Assembly (NCBI GenBank): GCA_965204345.1
Contig: OZ241981.1
Coordinates: 384,001 to 448,000 of the forward strand
DNA length: 64,000 nt
Reading direction: 5' to 3'
From: Nitrosopumilus sp.
GTDB lineage: Archaea > Thermoproteota > Nitrososphaeria > Nitrososphaerales > Nitrosopumilaceae
Shown here: in pieces, positions 31,861 to 41,307 of the stretch
How positions within the stretch are numbered: position 1 is the stretch's first letter
How the letters are laid out: the number at the start of each line of letters is the position of its first letter
Made by a program: the position numbers and the translations under genes
The notes under the pieces: generated by a model
Database searches by the model: none
What the model saw: only the letters and a program-made list of their open reading frames with translations
Told to the model about the DNA's origin: nothing

Positions 31861-32139
31861 ATGGTTCTAGTTGACAAGAAAATCCTGGCAGGAGGGCTGG
31901 CAATGATCATCATAGGAATCGCATTTGCAGCCACATCAGCAGAGCAGCCAATAGGACAGGCAGGAATGAGTGAGGAGGAAGTGATTGACTTGCTAGTAGC
32001 AGAGGATGAAAACCAGGCATATCAAATGCTGTCCGGCATTTTCGTAGGAGTGGGATTTTTGCTTGTTTTGATTAGCTTTGGTGCCAGAAGAAGAAGAAAG
32101 GATTATGTTGAAAAAAAAGAAAAAAAGCCAGCAGAGTAA
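31861..32139 (+). CDS. Two-TM membrane protein
   Basis: MVLVDKKILAGGLAMIIIGIAFA; second TM followed by RRRRK. Confidence 0.75.
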   Translation: MVLVDKKILAGGLAMIIIGIAFAATSAEQPIGQAGMSEEEVIDLLVAEDENQAYQMLSGIFVGVGFLLVLISFGARRRRKDYVEKKEKKPAE

Positions 32140-32177
32140 CTCAAAGGTTTTAATCTCAATTTATCCCAATACCAAAC

Positions 32178-32483
32178 ATGATTCAGGCTGAAATTAGCAT
32201 ATACCCAATGGCAACTAAGACCACCAGTGCCAGTTTTTACATTGCAAAGGCAATAGAATCCATCCAGGACATGGAAAATCTCAGGTATGAAATCAACCCA
32301 ATGGGAACAGTCTTGGAATCTGATGACATGGGCGTAATAAACTCGGCAACAGCAAAAATGACAGAGGCGGTTCACAATCTAGGGATTGCCAGAGTCGGGG
32401 CAGTAATCAAGATAGACTCAAGAAAGGACAAGCAGATGAAGATGGAAGAAAAGCTCGAATCCATCAAGAGACAGATGAGTTAA
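32178..32483 (+). CDS. MTH1187/YkoF-family thiamine-binding protein
   Basis: AEISIYP, YEINPMGTVLE, RV...IKIDSRKDK family signature. Confidence 0.85.
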   Translation: MIQAEISIYPMATKTTSASFYIAKAIESIQDMENLRYEINPMGTVLESDDMGVINSATAKMTEAVHNLGIARVGAVIKIDSRKDKQMKMEEKLESIKRQMS

Positions 32484-33595
32484 AATTTCCTTAGAATCTC
32501 AAAATGGGTATTTCTTTGCGCAGGTATGCGGCCAATCTCCTTGACCATGGTTGCCAGCTCATCTACTGAAGAGGATGTTGCCTTGCCGGCAGCCCTGTAA
32601 ATTTCTTCAGAAAAGGCAGTTCCAACCAAATCACTTCCGCCATGGGATAGTGCAACCTGTGCGAGTTTTTTTCCATATGCAACCCAATAAACAGAGATGT
32701 TATTGAGCACGTTTGCAAGCATCAGTCTAGACAAAGCAATAACTCTCAAATCATATACTGATGAGCACTCATGAGTTACCAGATGCTCTTGTTCTAACTC
32801 GGTGTTATCCAGGCTAAACTTGAGGGGAATCAAGGTGATAAAACCGTTTGTCTTCTTTTGCAGTTTGCGAATCCTGACTAGATGATCAACTATGTGTTCG
32901 GGTTTTTCGATATGACCATAAAGCATGGTGACATTGCTTTTGATGTCCATGGCATGTGCCTCTTCTATAACATCCAGCCACTGCTGTCCAGTACACTTGC
33001 CCCTAACAATTTTTCCCCGAATGTCAGGGTGAAACAGTTCGGCACCGCCACCAGGCATGGAATCAAGTCCGGCATCCTTTAGACGAGACAGGATTTCCTT
33101 GGTAGAATTTTTAGATAGTTTTGAGAGATAGTAAATTTCAGCGGCAGTTAGTGCCTTGATGTTAAGCTGGGGATGACTCTTTTTGATGGTCCTCATCATC
33201 TCTTCATAATACTCTAATGGAAGCTTTGGATGAAATCCTCCAACGATATGAACCTCAGTTGCACCCATCTGCCTTGCAATGCCAACCCTTGCTTCAATCT
33301 CCTGGGGGGTTAGTGTGTATGCGTCATCAGCGCCATCCTTTCGGTAAAATGCGCACATTTGACAGCTGGCAGCACATACGTTTGTGTAGTTCATGTAATA
33401 GGATGCAGCAAAAGTCACAGTATCATCAACGAGCCTCTTTCTGGCATCATCGGCTACTGCTCCAAGCAAGTGCAGGTTATCGTAACTCATCAACTCAAGG
33501 CCGTCCTTGTAAGACAGTTCTTCTCCGGCAAGGGCATGATCTAGTGCCTGAGAGTCTCCAACCAGCTGTTCTAGCATGATGTCCTGTTGCCCCAT
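32480..33595 (-). CDS. mqnE: CofH/Mqn-family radical SAM enzyme, probably aminofutalosine synthase
   Basis: NYTNVCAASCQMCAF (CxxxCxxC), MPGGGAE, TMLYGHIE, YW..G..AQ.AL..G; mqnD in the same window. Confidence 0.75.
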   Translation of the reverse strand: MGQQDIMLEQLVGDSQALDHALAGEELSYKDGLELMSYDNLHLLGAVADDARKRLVDDTVTFAASYYMNYTNVCAASCQMCAFYRKDGADDAYTLTPQEIEARVGIARQMGATEVHIVGGFHPKLPLEYYEEMMRTIKKSHPQLNIKALTAAEIYYLSKLSKNSTKEILSRLKDAGLDSMPGGGAELFHPDIRGKIVRGKCTGQQWLDVIEEAHAMDIKSNVTMLYGHIEKPEHIVDHLVRIRKLQKKTNGFITLIPLKFSLDNTELEQEHLVTHECSSVYDLRVIALSRLMLANVLNNISVYWVAYGKKLAQVALSHGGSDLVGTAFSEEIYRAAGKATSSSVDELATMVKEIGRIPAQRNTHFEILRKF

Positions 33596-33651
33596 CAGGA
33601 TATATTCCTTATAGTCTCAAGAAATAAGTAACAGGCCACAATACAGCCTGC

Positions 33652-33825
33652 ATGGTACTTCCCTTGGTAGACGAGCACAAACCAAAATGCTACCTGTGTC
33701 ACAGTGGTTTTGAAGACGTGGAGAAGCTAAGGGAGCATCAAAATTCGGCACACAGAGACTTTTTTGAAGAGAACAAAAGACAGAAGAACCACGAACCCGC
33801 ACCAGGCGATGTTACTGTGTTTTAG
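33652..33825 (+). CDS. C2H2 zinc-finger mini-protein (57 aa, not in ORF track)
   Basis: MVLPLVDEHKPKCYLCHSGFEDVEKLREHQNSAHRDFF...: C-x2-C-x3-F-x5-L-x2-H-x4-H. Confidence 0.8.
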   Translation: MVLPLVDEHKPKCYLCHSGFEDVEKLREHQNSAHRDFFEENKRQKNHEPAPGDVTVF

Positions 33826-34307
33826 GCTTTGGTCTTGGCTGATTTTAACAAATCCTGTGCAATCTCTTTTGAGATATTTGCCAGATCATAGTGCCTGTCA
33901 ATAGACAGTGCCTTTTTGAAGTGTTTTATTGCCTCTTGCAAGTTACCTGTCTCCCCCAAAGAGAGTCCCTTGTATGCAAAGGCCATTGCGCATCTTTTGT
34001 CAATTTTTAACGCGGCATCATAGCAATCCATAGCTTCAAGATATTTCTCATCAGAATGTAATGCGGCACCCTTGTTTAGTAGTGCATCAAGATTGTCCGG
34101 GGAGAGGTCAAGGGCCCTATCATAAGAACGAATGGCAAGCTTTACTTTTCCCATGTTTTGCAGAGTGACACCCTTGTCAATGAGTATCCTGGCGTTATTA
34201 GGATCACTTTTGAGCATCAGATCATATAACCTCAAGGCATCAGAAAAATTTCCATCCTCTGCACATTCAAGGGCTTGAAGAAGCATCTTCTCTGTCTGGT
34301 TATTCAC
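33822..34307 (-). CDS. TPR-repeat protein
   Basis: Repeated KG..L..G....A...YD.AL...P motifs. Confidence 0.9.
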   Translation of the reverse strand: MNNQTEKMLLQALECAEDGNFSDALRLYDLMLKSDPNNARILIDKGVTLQNMGKVKLAIRSYDRALDLSPDNLDALLNKGAALHSDEKYLEAMDCYDAALKIDKRCAMAFAYKGLSLGETGNLQEAIKHFKKALSIDRHYDLANISKEIAQDLLKSAKTKA

Positions 34308-34379
34308 ATACTTGGCAGTATTTTGTTAATAATATAGATTGACAATTAGAGGGAGTGCCTTGCATAACAGCTGGCATCA

Positions 34380-34625
34380 TTATGATGCATCCCTATCGCG
34401 AGGGTCAATCCGGAGGGATTTGTTAAAACAGTCCATGGATTCCTGGTATCTACCCAAGCTGCGCAGTGCAATGCCCTTGTGATTCCACAGATCAGGATCA
34501 CCCTGGTTTAGGAGAAGAGCCTGATCAAAGAATGCCAGTGCCCCATCAAAATCCCCTTGGTCAACTAAGAGCTGCCCCTTTTTAACAAGTTCTGTAATTT
34601 TATCCATGATACCATTACTAGCCAT
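34380..34625 (-). CDS. Small TPR-repeat protein
   Basis: LWNHKGIALRSLGRYQESMDCFNKSLRIDP; start uncertain. Confidence 0.85.
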   Translation of the reverse strand: MASNGIMDKITELVKKGQLLVDQGDFDGALAFFDQALLLNQGDPDLWNHKGIALRSLGRYQESMDCFNKSLRIDPRDRDAS

Positions 34626-34722
34626 CCAGCCAGTATTAAGTTTGAAGACAAACAACGGAAAAACCTGATGAATTTATAGGTACAGGCTGAAAATTTAAAT
34701 AAATTTTTTGCCAAAACATAGC

Positions 34723-35166
34723 ATGAAATTAGATGAGACAGACCAAAAAATTATAAAAAATTTATCAGTAGATGCAAGACAGTCAGCAAGACAGCTGTCA
34801 TTGAAACTAGACATATCAACAGTTACGGTACTATCAAGAATCAAGAGGCTAGAAAAAGAGAAGATAATCAAGGGATATACTGCCATTATCGATCATGAAA
34901 AGATAGGATATTCGCTTACGGCCATTATTGAAATTATGGCAAAAAACGACAAGGTGGTAGACATTGAAAATGAGATATCAAAATTTGAGAACGTCTGCGG
35001 AGTGTACGACATTACGGGTTCAACTGACACCGTAATTGTTGCAAAATTCAAAGACAGGGACAAGCTAAGCAGGTTTGTAAAGGAACTAGCAGTCATTCCA
35101 AATGTGGAAAATACAAACACGCACCTAGTCCTAAATACGGCAAAAGAAGACTTTAGATTAACATAG
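34723..35166 (+). CDS. Lrp/AsnC-family transcriptional regulator
   Basis: LDETDQKIIKNL..DAR, RIKRLEKEKIIKGY, ITGSTD. Confidence 0.93.
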   Translation: MKLDETDQKIIKNLSVDARQSARQLSLKLDISTVTVLSRIKRLEKEKIIKGYTAIIDHEKIGYSLTAIIEIMAKNDKVVDIENEISKFENVCGVYDITGSTDTVIVAKFKDRDKLSRFVKELAVIPNVENTNTHLVLNTAKEDFRLT

Positions 35167-35175
35167 GGAAGTAAA

Positions 35176-35730
35176 ATGAGGCGACTAGAATTTCTTGTGA
35201 TTTTCCTACTAGCCAGCGGAGGAGCACAAATGGCATATGCGCAAGAGGACAGGACAGACATGGAATTAAAAGTGACAGACCAAGAAAAGATCATATTATT
35301 TTCGGGTTTTGCAGTTGCAATAGTTGGGATCTTTTTATTTTTAGCAAGGGACATCATATTACGCAAAAAGACGTCATATGACAGCGAGGAATTGGAATCA
35401 AAAAAGGACAAAACATTTGAAAAGTATCACTCAGACTGGGGAGATGACTATGAGGAATTAGGAAGTAGGAGAAACACAAAAGAAGACAAGGAATTTCGAG
35501 ATGCTGCAAACAGTGATGAGCTGCCTAACTATTACAAGGTTATCGGGGTCTCTGAAGATGCAACGCCGGATCAGATCAAAAAGAAATTTCGAGAGGTTGC
35601 AAAAAAAATACATCCCGATAAAACAAAGGAAAGCTCAGAAGAAGAGATGGCAGAATTAAACAAGGCATACGAGATACTCTCAGACAAAGAACTCAGGAAA
35701 AAATACGACACGTACATCAAAAAAGACTAG
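35176..35730 (+). CDS. Membrane-anchored J-domain protein
   Basis: Signal/TM segments then NYYKVIGV..HPDK..LNKAYEILSD. Confidence 0.9.
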   Translation: MRRLEFLVIFLLASGGAQMAYAQEDRTDMELKVTDQEKIILFSGFAVAIVGIFLFLARDIILRKKTSYDSEELESKKDKTFEKYHSDWGDDYEELGSRRNTKEDKEFRDAANSDELPNYYKVIGVSEDATPDQIKKKFREVAKKIHPDKTKESSEEEMAELNKAYEILSDKELRKKYDTYIKKD

Positions 35731-36131
35731 AGGTAGTCTAGCTTTACAATAATCATGCTAAGCTCAACGGATGCAAAAGTCTGAACACTGTTAATCAGAT
35801 TGGTAAATATCTGAACATCTAAGGACTTTCCATCAGACTCGATTTGGGTGGTGATCCTTAGTTTGCCAAACTCTGTATTTGGTCCTAGCATTTTTTTGGT
35901 TAGCAGCGGGACAACAGAGAGATCCTCAACCACGGATTTCATCTTGTATGCAAACTTGCCTGAAAAATAAACACCGCCACGGGTTGTCGGCTCATTTACA
36001 GGAATTGGGGAATTTGTGATAACAGTGCTTGCAACATCATATGCGGCATCATCAATATATAGCGTAAACCTTGGGGAACTTGTTTTGTTGAACTTTATTA
36101 GCTGCTCTAGCAAATCCTCATTAAATGGCAT
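35727..36131 (-). CDS. Hypothetical beta-rich protein
   Basis: 134-aa ORF filling the gap between convergent and divergent neighbours. Confidence 0.7.
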   Translation of the reverse strand: MPFNEDLLEQLIKFNKTSSPRFTLYIDDAAYDVASTVITNSPIPVNEPTTRGGVYFSGKFAYKMKSVVEDLSVVPLLTKKMLGPNTEFGKLRITTQIESDGKSLDVQIFTNLINSVQTFASVELSMIIVKLDYL

Positions 36132-36229
36132 CCAAAAACAGGCAGATCGTAATTCTATTGAGTGTTTCTAATGAAAAACATTCAATTTCAGTGATCAAAT
36201 TTAAAAACATGAATTTTATTTGATCGGTA

Positions 36230-37546
36230 TTGCAACAGCTTGCAAACACACATCCAATGCGAAATGAGATAGTCAGCTTGATGGTAGAGCACGGGCTAGA
36301 GGATGACTGCTACGTTGAGATGCTAGACTATACTATTGATTTATTTGAAAGCCAGAGCCTTGGAACCGAATATTACGGATACCACAACATCAATCACGAA
36401 TTAGAGGTAACGTATGTTTCACTGCTATCAGTAAGGCAGAAAAAAATCCAGTTCACAGATGAGGACATTAAATATCTCTATGTTGCAGCGCTGTTTCATG
36501 ACTTTGATCCTGAAAAAAGCGTAGACAAGCCGCACGAGGAGAGCGTCTTAAAGTTTATCTCAAATGATGAAAAGCTTTTACAGTTAATTGATGCTGCCAA
36601 AATGGACTTGGAGGTCATCAAGGTTTTGATTTTGCGGACAACATATCCGTGGAGTGGCGAATTTAAAAAAAATGCAGAGGAGCAAATCAGGCAGTGTTTT
36701 AGAAACTCGGATTTAATAAGAAACAACCTGCAGTATCAGCAGCACATCTTAGAGATAGGATGGTATTTGTCAGTCGTAGACAGGATAAGCGGATATGCAT
36801 TGGGGGACTTTACAAAGGCCATGGAAATGGCAAAAATGAACGCACATGCACTTGCATGGAGACCCTCATTAATCATAAGAAGGGCTGTTGCATATTTTGA
36901 GGAATTGCTAAACAAGGAAACAGAGATGGTAAAAGAGATTTTAAAAGTGCTCCCAAAGGAAATGAGAAAGAACTTTTTTAACACAGTGCTGTCATTTATG
37001 AGGATCAGGCAGCAAGAGATCACGATTCAGGCAGACTATTCGTATGAAAACCTAAAGATGATACCGACCATAGAAAACATGTCGACAAGAGAGGATCCGA
37101 AATTTATCAAGGCATTGTATGATATTTTTATGGAGTTGCCAAGACCTCTGCAATTTGAAAAGGAGAATTTTGACAAATCAGTAAAAGATCCGCAGGTAAT
37201 CATCAACACGCTAAGAATAAATGACAAGGATGGCGAGATTATAGGATTCTCAAAGGGCGGTCCGCTTGAAAGTTACAATTTGCGTGAGGAGATTAAAGAC
37301 GAGAACTATGGCCTGGGAAATACAATATTCTTAGAGCCGCTGGCACTAAAAATGGGCTATTGGGGACTAAAGGGAGGCAGTGAAATGCGCCACATGTTCA
37401 TCATGCAATCCCACTCTATGAAATACAAGTATTTGACAAGTTTTGCATTGCGGGATGTCATTGAGGCCAGAATCAACAAGGAAGAGGCAGAATTTGTAAA
37501 GCTGTTTGATCCAGAAAGATGGGACTATTACAGAATAAAGATTTAG
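36230..37546 (+). CDS. HD-domain protein with GNAT-like C-terminal domain
   Basis: YHNINH..AALFHDFD; C-terminal EIIGFS..TIFLEPLAL..YWGLKGGSEM resembles GNAT motif A. Confidence 0.75.
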   Translation: MQQLANTHPMRNEIVSLMVEHGLEDDCYVEMLDYTIDLFESQSLGTEYYGYHNINHELEVTYVSLLSVRQKKIQFTDEDIKYLYVAALFHDFDPEKSVDKPHEESVLKFISNDEKLLQLIDAAKMDLEVIKVLILRTTYPWSGEFKKNAEEQIRQCFRNSDLIRNNLQYQQHILEIGWYLSVVDRISGYALGDFTKAMEMAKMNAHALAWRPSLIIRRAVAYFEELLNKETEMVKEILKVLPKEMRKNFFNTVLSFMRIRQQEITIQADYSYENLKMIPTIENMSTREDPKFIKALYDIFMELPRPLQFEKENFDKSVKDPQVIINTLRINDKDGEIIGFSKGGPLESYNLREEIKDENYGLGNTIFLEPLALKMGYWGLKGGSEMRHMFIMQSHSMKYKYLTSFALRDVIEARINKEEAEFVKLFDPERWDYYRIKI

Positions 37547-38196
37547 AATTGCCAAAAACCAACCCATAGACGCTCTGGCAACTAAAAGATGCCCATAGAG
37601 TAGTTGTATAGAGATTGTGCTGCGACACCAACAAATGGGCCATACGGGCATTTGCACCAAAACACAAAAGAGCTTGGGTTATGAATCCCGGATTATAAAA
37701 CGCATTTGGAGTACCAAGATGTGCGATAAAGTGCCGGTTTTGGCAAATTCAAATTTCAGCAGACGCAGCAGATCACAGGCAAAATCTCAAGGCACTGCAC
37801 ATCCTCTCTAGAACAGACAATACAGTCCAAGAAAATCACGGGATTGTCAGTAAATGCCAGCGCAAAAATCTAGTCTGTCATTCTCACAGACACCAGAGTC
37901 TAGGAGAACACAATGCAGAAATTTTTGTGTGTGTAAAGGTTGCAAAAATGTCACATTGTCAAAACATACAGCGCATCAGAACAGTGCCAGTCAAAATTTT
38001 GAAAAAAAAATGATCAGCGAGCCTGCTGTTTGTTTAAAATACTCTGGGGTAGTTTGTTCCCAAAGAAGTGATTAGAAGAACATCCAATGCAAAAAAAAAA
38101 TTATTTCAGAACGCAATAAATTGGATCGGATATTTGTCTAATAGTAAAAAAAGTTCAACAAGTTCTCGCTAATAGGACTTTGAGCCTAGGACAACT

Positions 38197-38340
38197 ATGA
38201 CAATAGGATACTGTGTAAAGTGCCGAGATAAACGAGAAATCGGTGGCGCTAAACCATACACCATGAAAAATGGCAAACCTGCAATCAAAGGCACATGCCC
38301 AACATGCAGTACGGCCATTTTCAGAATAGGCAGAGGATAA
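38197..38340 (+). CDS. DUF5679-like Zn-ribbon mini-protein (47 aa, not in ORF track)
   Basis: MTIGYCVKCRDKREIGGAKPYTMKNGKPAIKGTCPTCSTAIFRIGRG: two CxxC, basic. Confidence 0.85.
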   Translation: MTIGYCVKCRDKREIGGAKPYTMKNGKPAIKGTCPTCSTAIFRIGRG

Positions 38341-38640
38341 AACTCTCGCCAGAAAAGTTTGGCACTGCCATTGACAAGCAAGGCCATACCATAGCCAATG
38401 CATTAGAGATAATGCATCTCTTTTGTGGTTCTATTTTTCAATACAAAAAAATACTTGAATGCGCCAGGTTGCCATCAGCACCAGGCATGCCAATTTTGGC
38501 AATCCCTGTGCTTATCAGACGTTTCTCAGAAATCAGGCCTTGCAAGACAGGAGGGTTTTCATCAACTCTATTGAGTGCAAAATCTGTAAGGTCGGCTTGA
38601 AATTTGGTCGGATTTAATTTGAAACAAAAAATAAGGGAGA

Positions 38641-39015
38641 TTATTTCAGACGCCTGTAAATCTCTTTGAATTCACAAGAGATGTTATAGGACATGTTTAA
38701 CAGGTGTGCAAGCTGGTTCATGGATGTTTTATCATGTCCTAGCTGCCTTAGCAGAGTCAAGGCCTTTTGAGGGGAACTAGGAGTCAGGGGAGTTTGCCCG
38801 GACCAAGACTTGAAAGCATCCTCAACATTCAAACTGAAATTTAGAACAAATTCCTTCCAATGGGTCATTGAATTTAGGGCTTTGCTGCTCAAAAGTACCT
38901 GAGAGAGTTCTCTAAATTCATTTTTTCTGTCATCATACAGCATTTCAAGGGCCTGACGAAGTTTGTCTTCCTGATAGTCCGAAGAATTAAGCATGTACAT
39001 TCCGGCAATACTCAT
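38641..39015 (-). CDS. Hypothetical helical protein
   Basis: Coding-like ORF; start chosen at MSIAG (uncertain). Confidence 0.7.
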   Translation of the reverse strand: MSIAGMYMLNSSDYQEDKLRQALEMLYDDRKNEFRELSQVLLSSKALNSMTHWKEFVLNFSLNVEDAFKSWSGQTPLTPSSPQKALTLLRQLGHDKTSMNQLAHLLNMSYNISCEFKEIYRRLK

Positions 39016-39130
39016 GTCATATTGTCCCCATAATGCCAAATAAGTTAGCTAGTTAATTCTCAAAAAAAATGTTAAAAAAAATCCTTAAAAACAAACAAAT
39101 GTTCAAAAACTAAAAAAAAGAAAAAGGATC

Positions 39131-40555
39131 TTATTGGAATGGGTCAATAAACGGACAGTTAACAATGTGGTCACTATCCATTGGACGCGCGATGCCAATA
39201 TCGATCAAGCCAGCTTCTCTGTATGCATTTATGTCGCCAACGGTTTCTAAGACTTGGGCATTATCAGGTGCATTCCAGCCAATCAAAAATATTCTCCACA
39301 TGGGGGAATAGTTGGCATCACCGGGAGCTCCGGCTGCAATTCCAGGTTGGAATCCTAATGGACCAGTGCCTGTCAAACCGTTTTTGAACTGATACAAGTC
39401 AACTGCTGCAGAGTTTGCAATCAAGTTTGCAGATGTTGGAGAACTAACAACACCCATATTTTGGGCAGGACCGCTTGGTGTTGCATCTGTTACAATGTAA
39501 TAGATGGTTCTACCATCAGGACCCCATCCGCGATGAGCTATGAAAGTTACATTCATCTCTTCTGTATCGATATCAAGAACTTGACCTCCACCATAGGGTG
39601 TCGTGTCAGTTAAAGTCTTATCATCCTTTACCATCATCTGACCCTCTGGCCAAATAATTTGAGGCATATTCAAAACGACTTCAAGGTGAGACAGTGTGAC
39701 TTCCCCACCATCAGCTGCTTCCATAATCACTGCATCAGAATCCAAAATCCTCGGAGTTGCACCATCATTCCATGTCACGTGGACATGAGAAGTCAATGCG
39801 CTGTACACATCTGCTTGTGCAGGTGTACTAGTAAAGACTTCACCTTGATATCCATGTATACCAGTGCCTTCAATGCCATTGGTAAACAGATATGTCTTTG
39901 AAAGTGCTTCTTCAGGAGCATTCTTTAGCAAGGGTGCAAGTTCGACTTGCCAGCCCTGATTCTCTGTAATAATTTCTGCATGTGTTGGATCACTAGAGTC
40001 AGTGATTATGAAATAAACATCTTCACCGTCATAGTATCCTTGATGCATTGGAATTGTTGCTGGAACATTTGCTCTTGATAATCTAAGTACAGAACCCAAG
40101 TCAGCTTCAGTTATTTCTTCTTCGTGATCATCATGCATCATCATTTTGTCGTCATCATCATGCATCATCATTTTGTCGTCATCATCATGCATCATCATTT
40201 TGTCGTCATCATCATGCATCATCATTTTGTCGTCATCATCATGCATCATCATTTTGTCGTCATCATCATGCATCATCATTTTGTCGTCATCATGTTTTTG
40301 ATCATGATCATCATCTTTTTCTGTAACTGGTGCTACAGGAACAGGCTTTCCTTGTTCTGCTTCAAAGGCGGCTCTACCGCCAGGATATTCAGAACATAGA
40401 CTCAGTCCACAAATATCAGTCTGAGAACCGTATTTTGAGGTTCCGACGCCGGCTGCTTTTAGGGCTTCAGCATCGGTAAAATAGTCCGTAGTCATTCCTG
40501 CTGTAAACAAGGGTAAAATTGCAAGCAATGCAATGTATCCTAGATTCTTGTTCAT
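39131..40555 (-). CDS. Secreted protein with His/Met/Asp tandem repeat and duplicated Y(F/Y)I(I/V)TD...N(M/C)P domain
   Basis: Signal peptide; (KMMMHDDDD) repeats; homologous halves VYFIITDSS..LNMP and IYYIVTDAT..VNCP. Confidence 0.85.
   Translation of the reverse strand: MNKNLGYIALLAILPLFTAGMTTDYFTDAEALKAAGVGTSKYGSQTDICGLSLCSEYPGGRAAFEAEQGKPVPVAPVTEKDDDHDQKHDDDKMMMHDDDDKMMMHDDDDKMMMHDDDDKMMMHDDDDKMMMHDDDDKMMMHDDHEEEITEADLGSVLRLSRANVPATIPMHQGYYDGEDVYFIITDSSDPTHAEIITENQGWQVELAPLLKNAPEEALSKTYLFTNGIEGTGIHGYQGEVFTSTPAQADVYSALTSHVHVTWNDGATPRILDSDAVIMEAADGGEVTLSHLEVVLNMPQIIWPEGQMMVKDDKTLTDTTPYGGGQVLDIDTEEMNVTFIAHRGWGPDGRTIYYIVTDATPSGPAQNMGVVSSPTSANLIANSAAVDLYQFKNGLTGTGPLGFQPGIAAGAPGDANYSPMWRIFLIGWNAPDNAQVLETVGDINAYREAGLIDIGIARPMDSDHIVNCPFIDPFQ
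40128..40292 (-). repeat. 27-bp tandem repeat, ~6 copies, encoding DDDDKMMMH
   Basis: TCATGCATCATCATTTTGTCGTCATCA repeated on + strand. Confidence 0.95.
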
Positions 40556-40606
40556 ACGGGAGAGAATTTGGCTTCCCCTTAAAAGAATTTGCCCAAATCA
40601 GATATT

Positions 40607-41233
40607 TCATATTGGAAGCTCTGAGAACCTGTTTTCAACGTAATTCCAATTAATTACATTCCACCAGGACTTTACATAGTCAGGTCGCCGATTTTGGTAT
40701 TGCAGATAGTATGCATGCTCCCACACATCCAATCCCAAGAGGGGCGTTTTTTGTAGTGTCCAAGGACTGTCCTGATTAGCAGTTGTAATAATTTCAATTT
40801 TATTGTATGTCGCATTAAAAACCAGCCAGCACCACCCGCTTCCCTCAATGACAGTCGCTTTTTCTGAAAAGACTTTTTTAAAATTAGAAAAACCGCCAAA
40901 ATAGACATCAACTGCATCTCCCAGTTTTCCCCCAGGAGAGTCATCACCGGCAGGAGCCATCATTGTCTCCCAAAACAACCGATGATTCTCAAATCCTCCG
41001 CCAAAGAAACTAATAGAATTTCTCCCAGACTCTGGAATTGATTTCAAATCAGAAAGAATAGATGAGATGTATTGCGGATGTGAATGGCCGCCAATTCTTT
41101 CAAGAGAGGCATTTAGTCCGTCAGCATATGCCTGGTGATGCTTTTGATGGTGTATCTTCATTGTTTGAGTATCAATGAACGGCTCTAACTCATCATAGCC
41201 ATAAGGTAATCTTGGAAGCTCATATCTGACCAT
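40607..41233 (-). CDS. sod: Fe/Mn superoxide dismutase
   Basis: LPYGYDELEP, HHQKHH, NH..FW, GSGWCWL, DVWEHAYY. Confidence 0.96.
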   Translation of the reverse strand: MVRYELPRLPYGYDELEPFIDTQTMKIHHQKHHQAYADGLNASLERIGGHSHPQYISSILSDLKSIPESGRNSISFFGGGFENHRLFWETMMAPAGDDSPGGKLGDAVDVYFGGFSNFKKVFSEKATVIEGSGWCWLVFNATYNKIEIITTANQDSPWTLQKTPLLGLDVWEHAYYLQYQNRRPDYVKSWWNVINWNYVENRFSELPI

Positions 41234-41307
41234 GAATCAAACCAGATAATCCGCACATATATTCTTCAGGTAGAAAGAAAGATAAATCTCAAACTAGAAC
41301 CATCAAT

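Noticed and set aside
40128-40292. CRISPR-like array, or synthetic enterokinase/FLAG-like DDDDK tag
   Set aside because: Spacer-less in-frame coding tandem repeat inside a natural gene; no cas genes or vector context.
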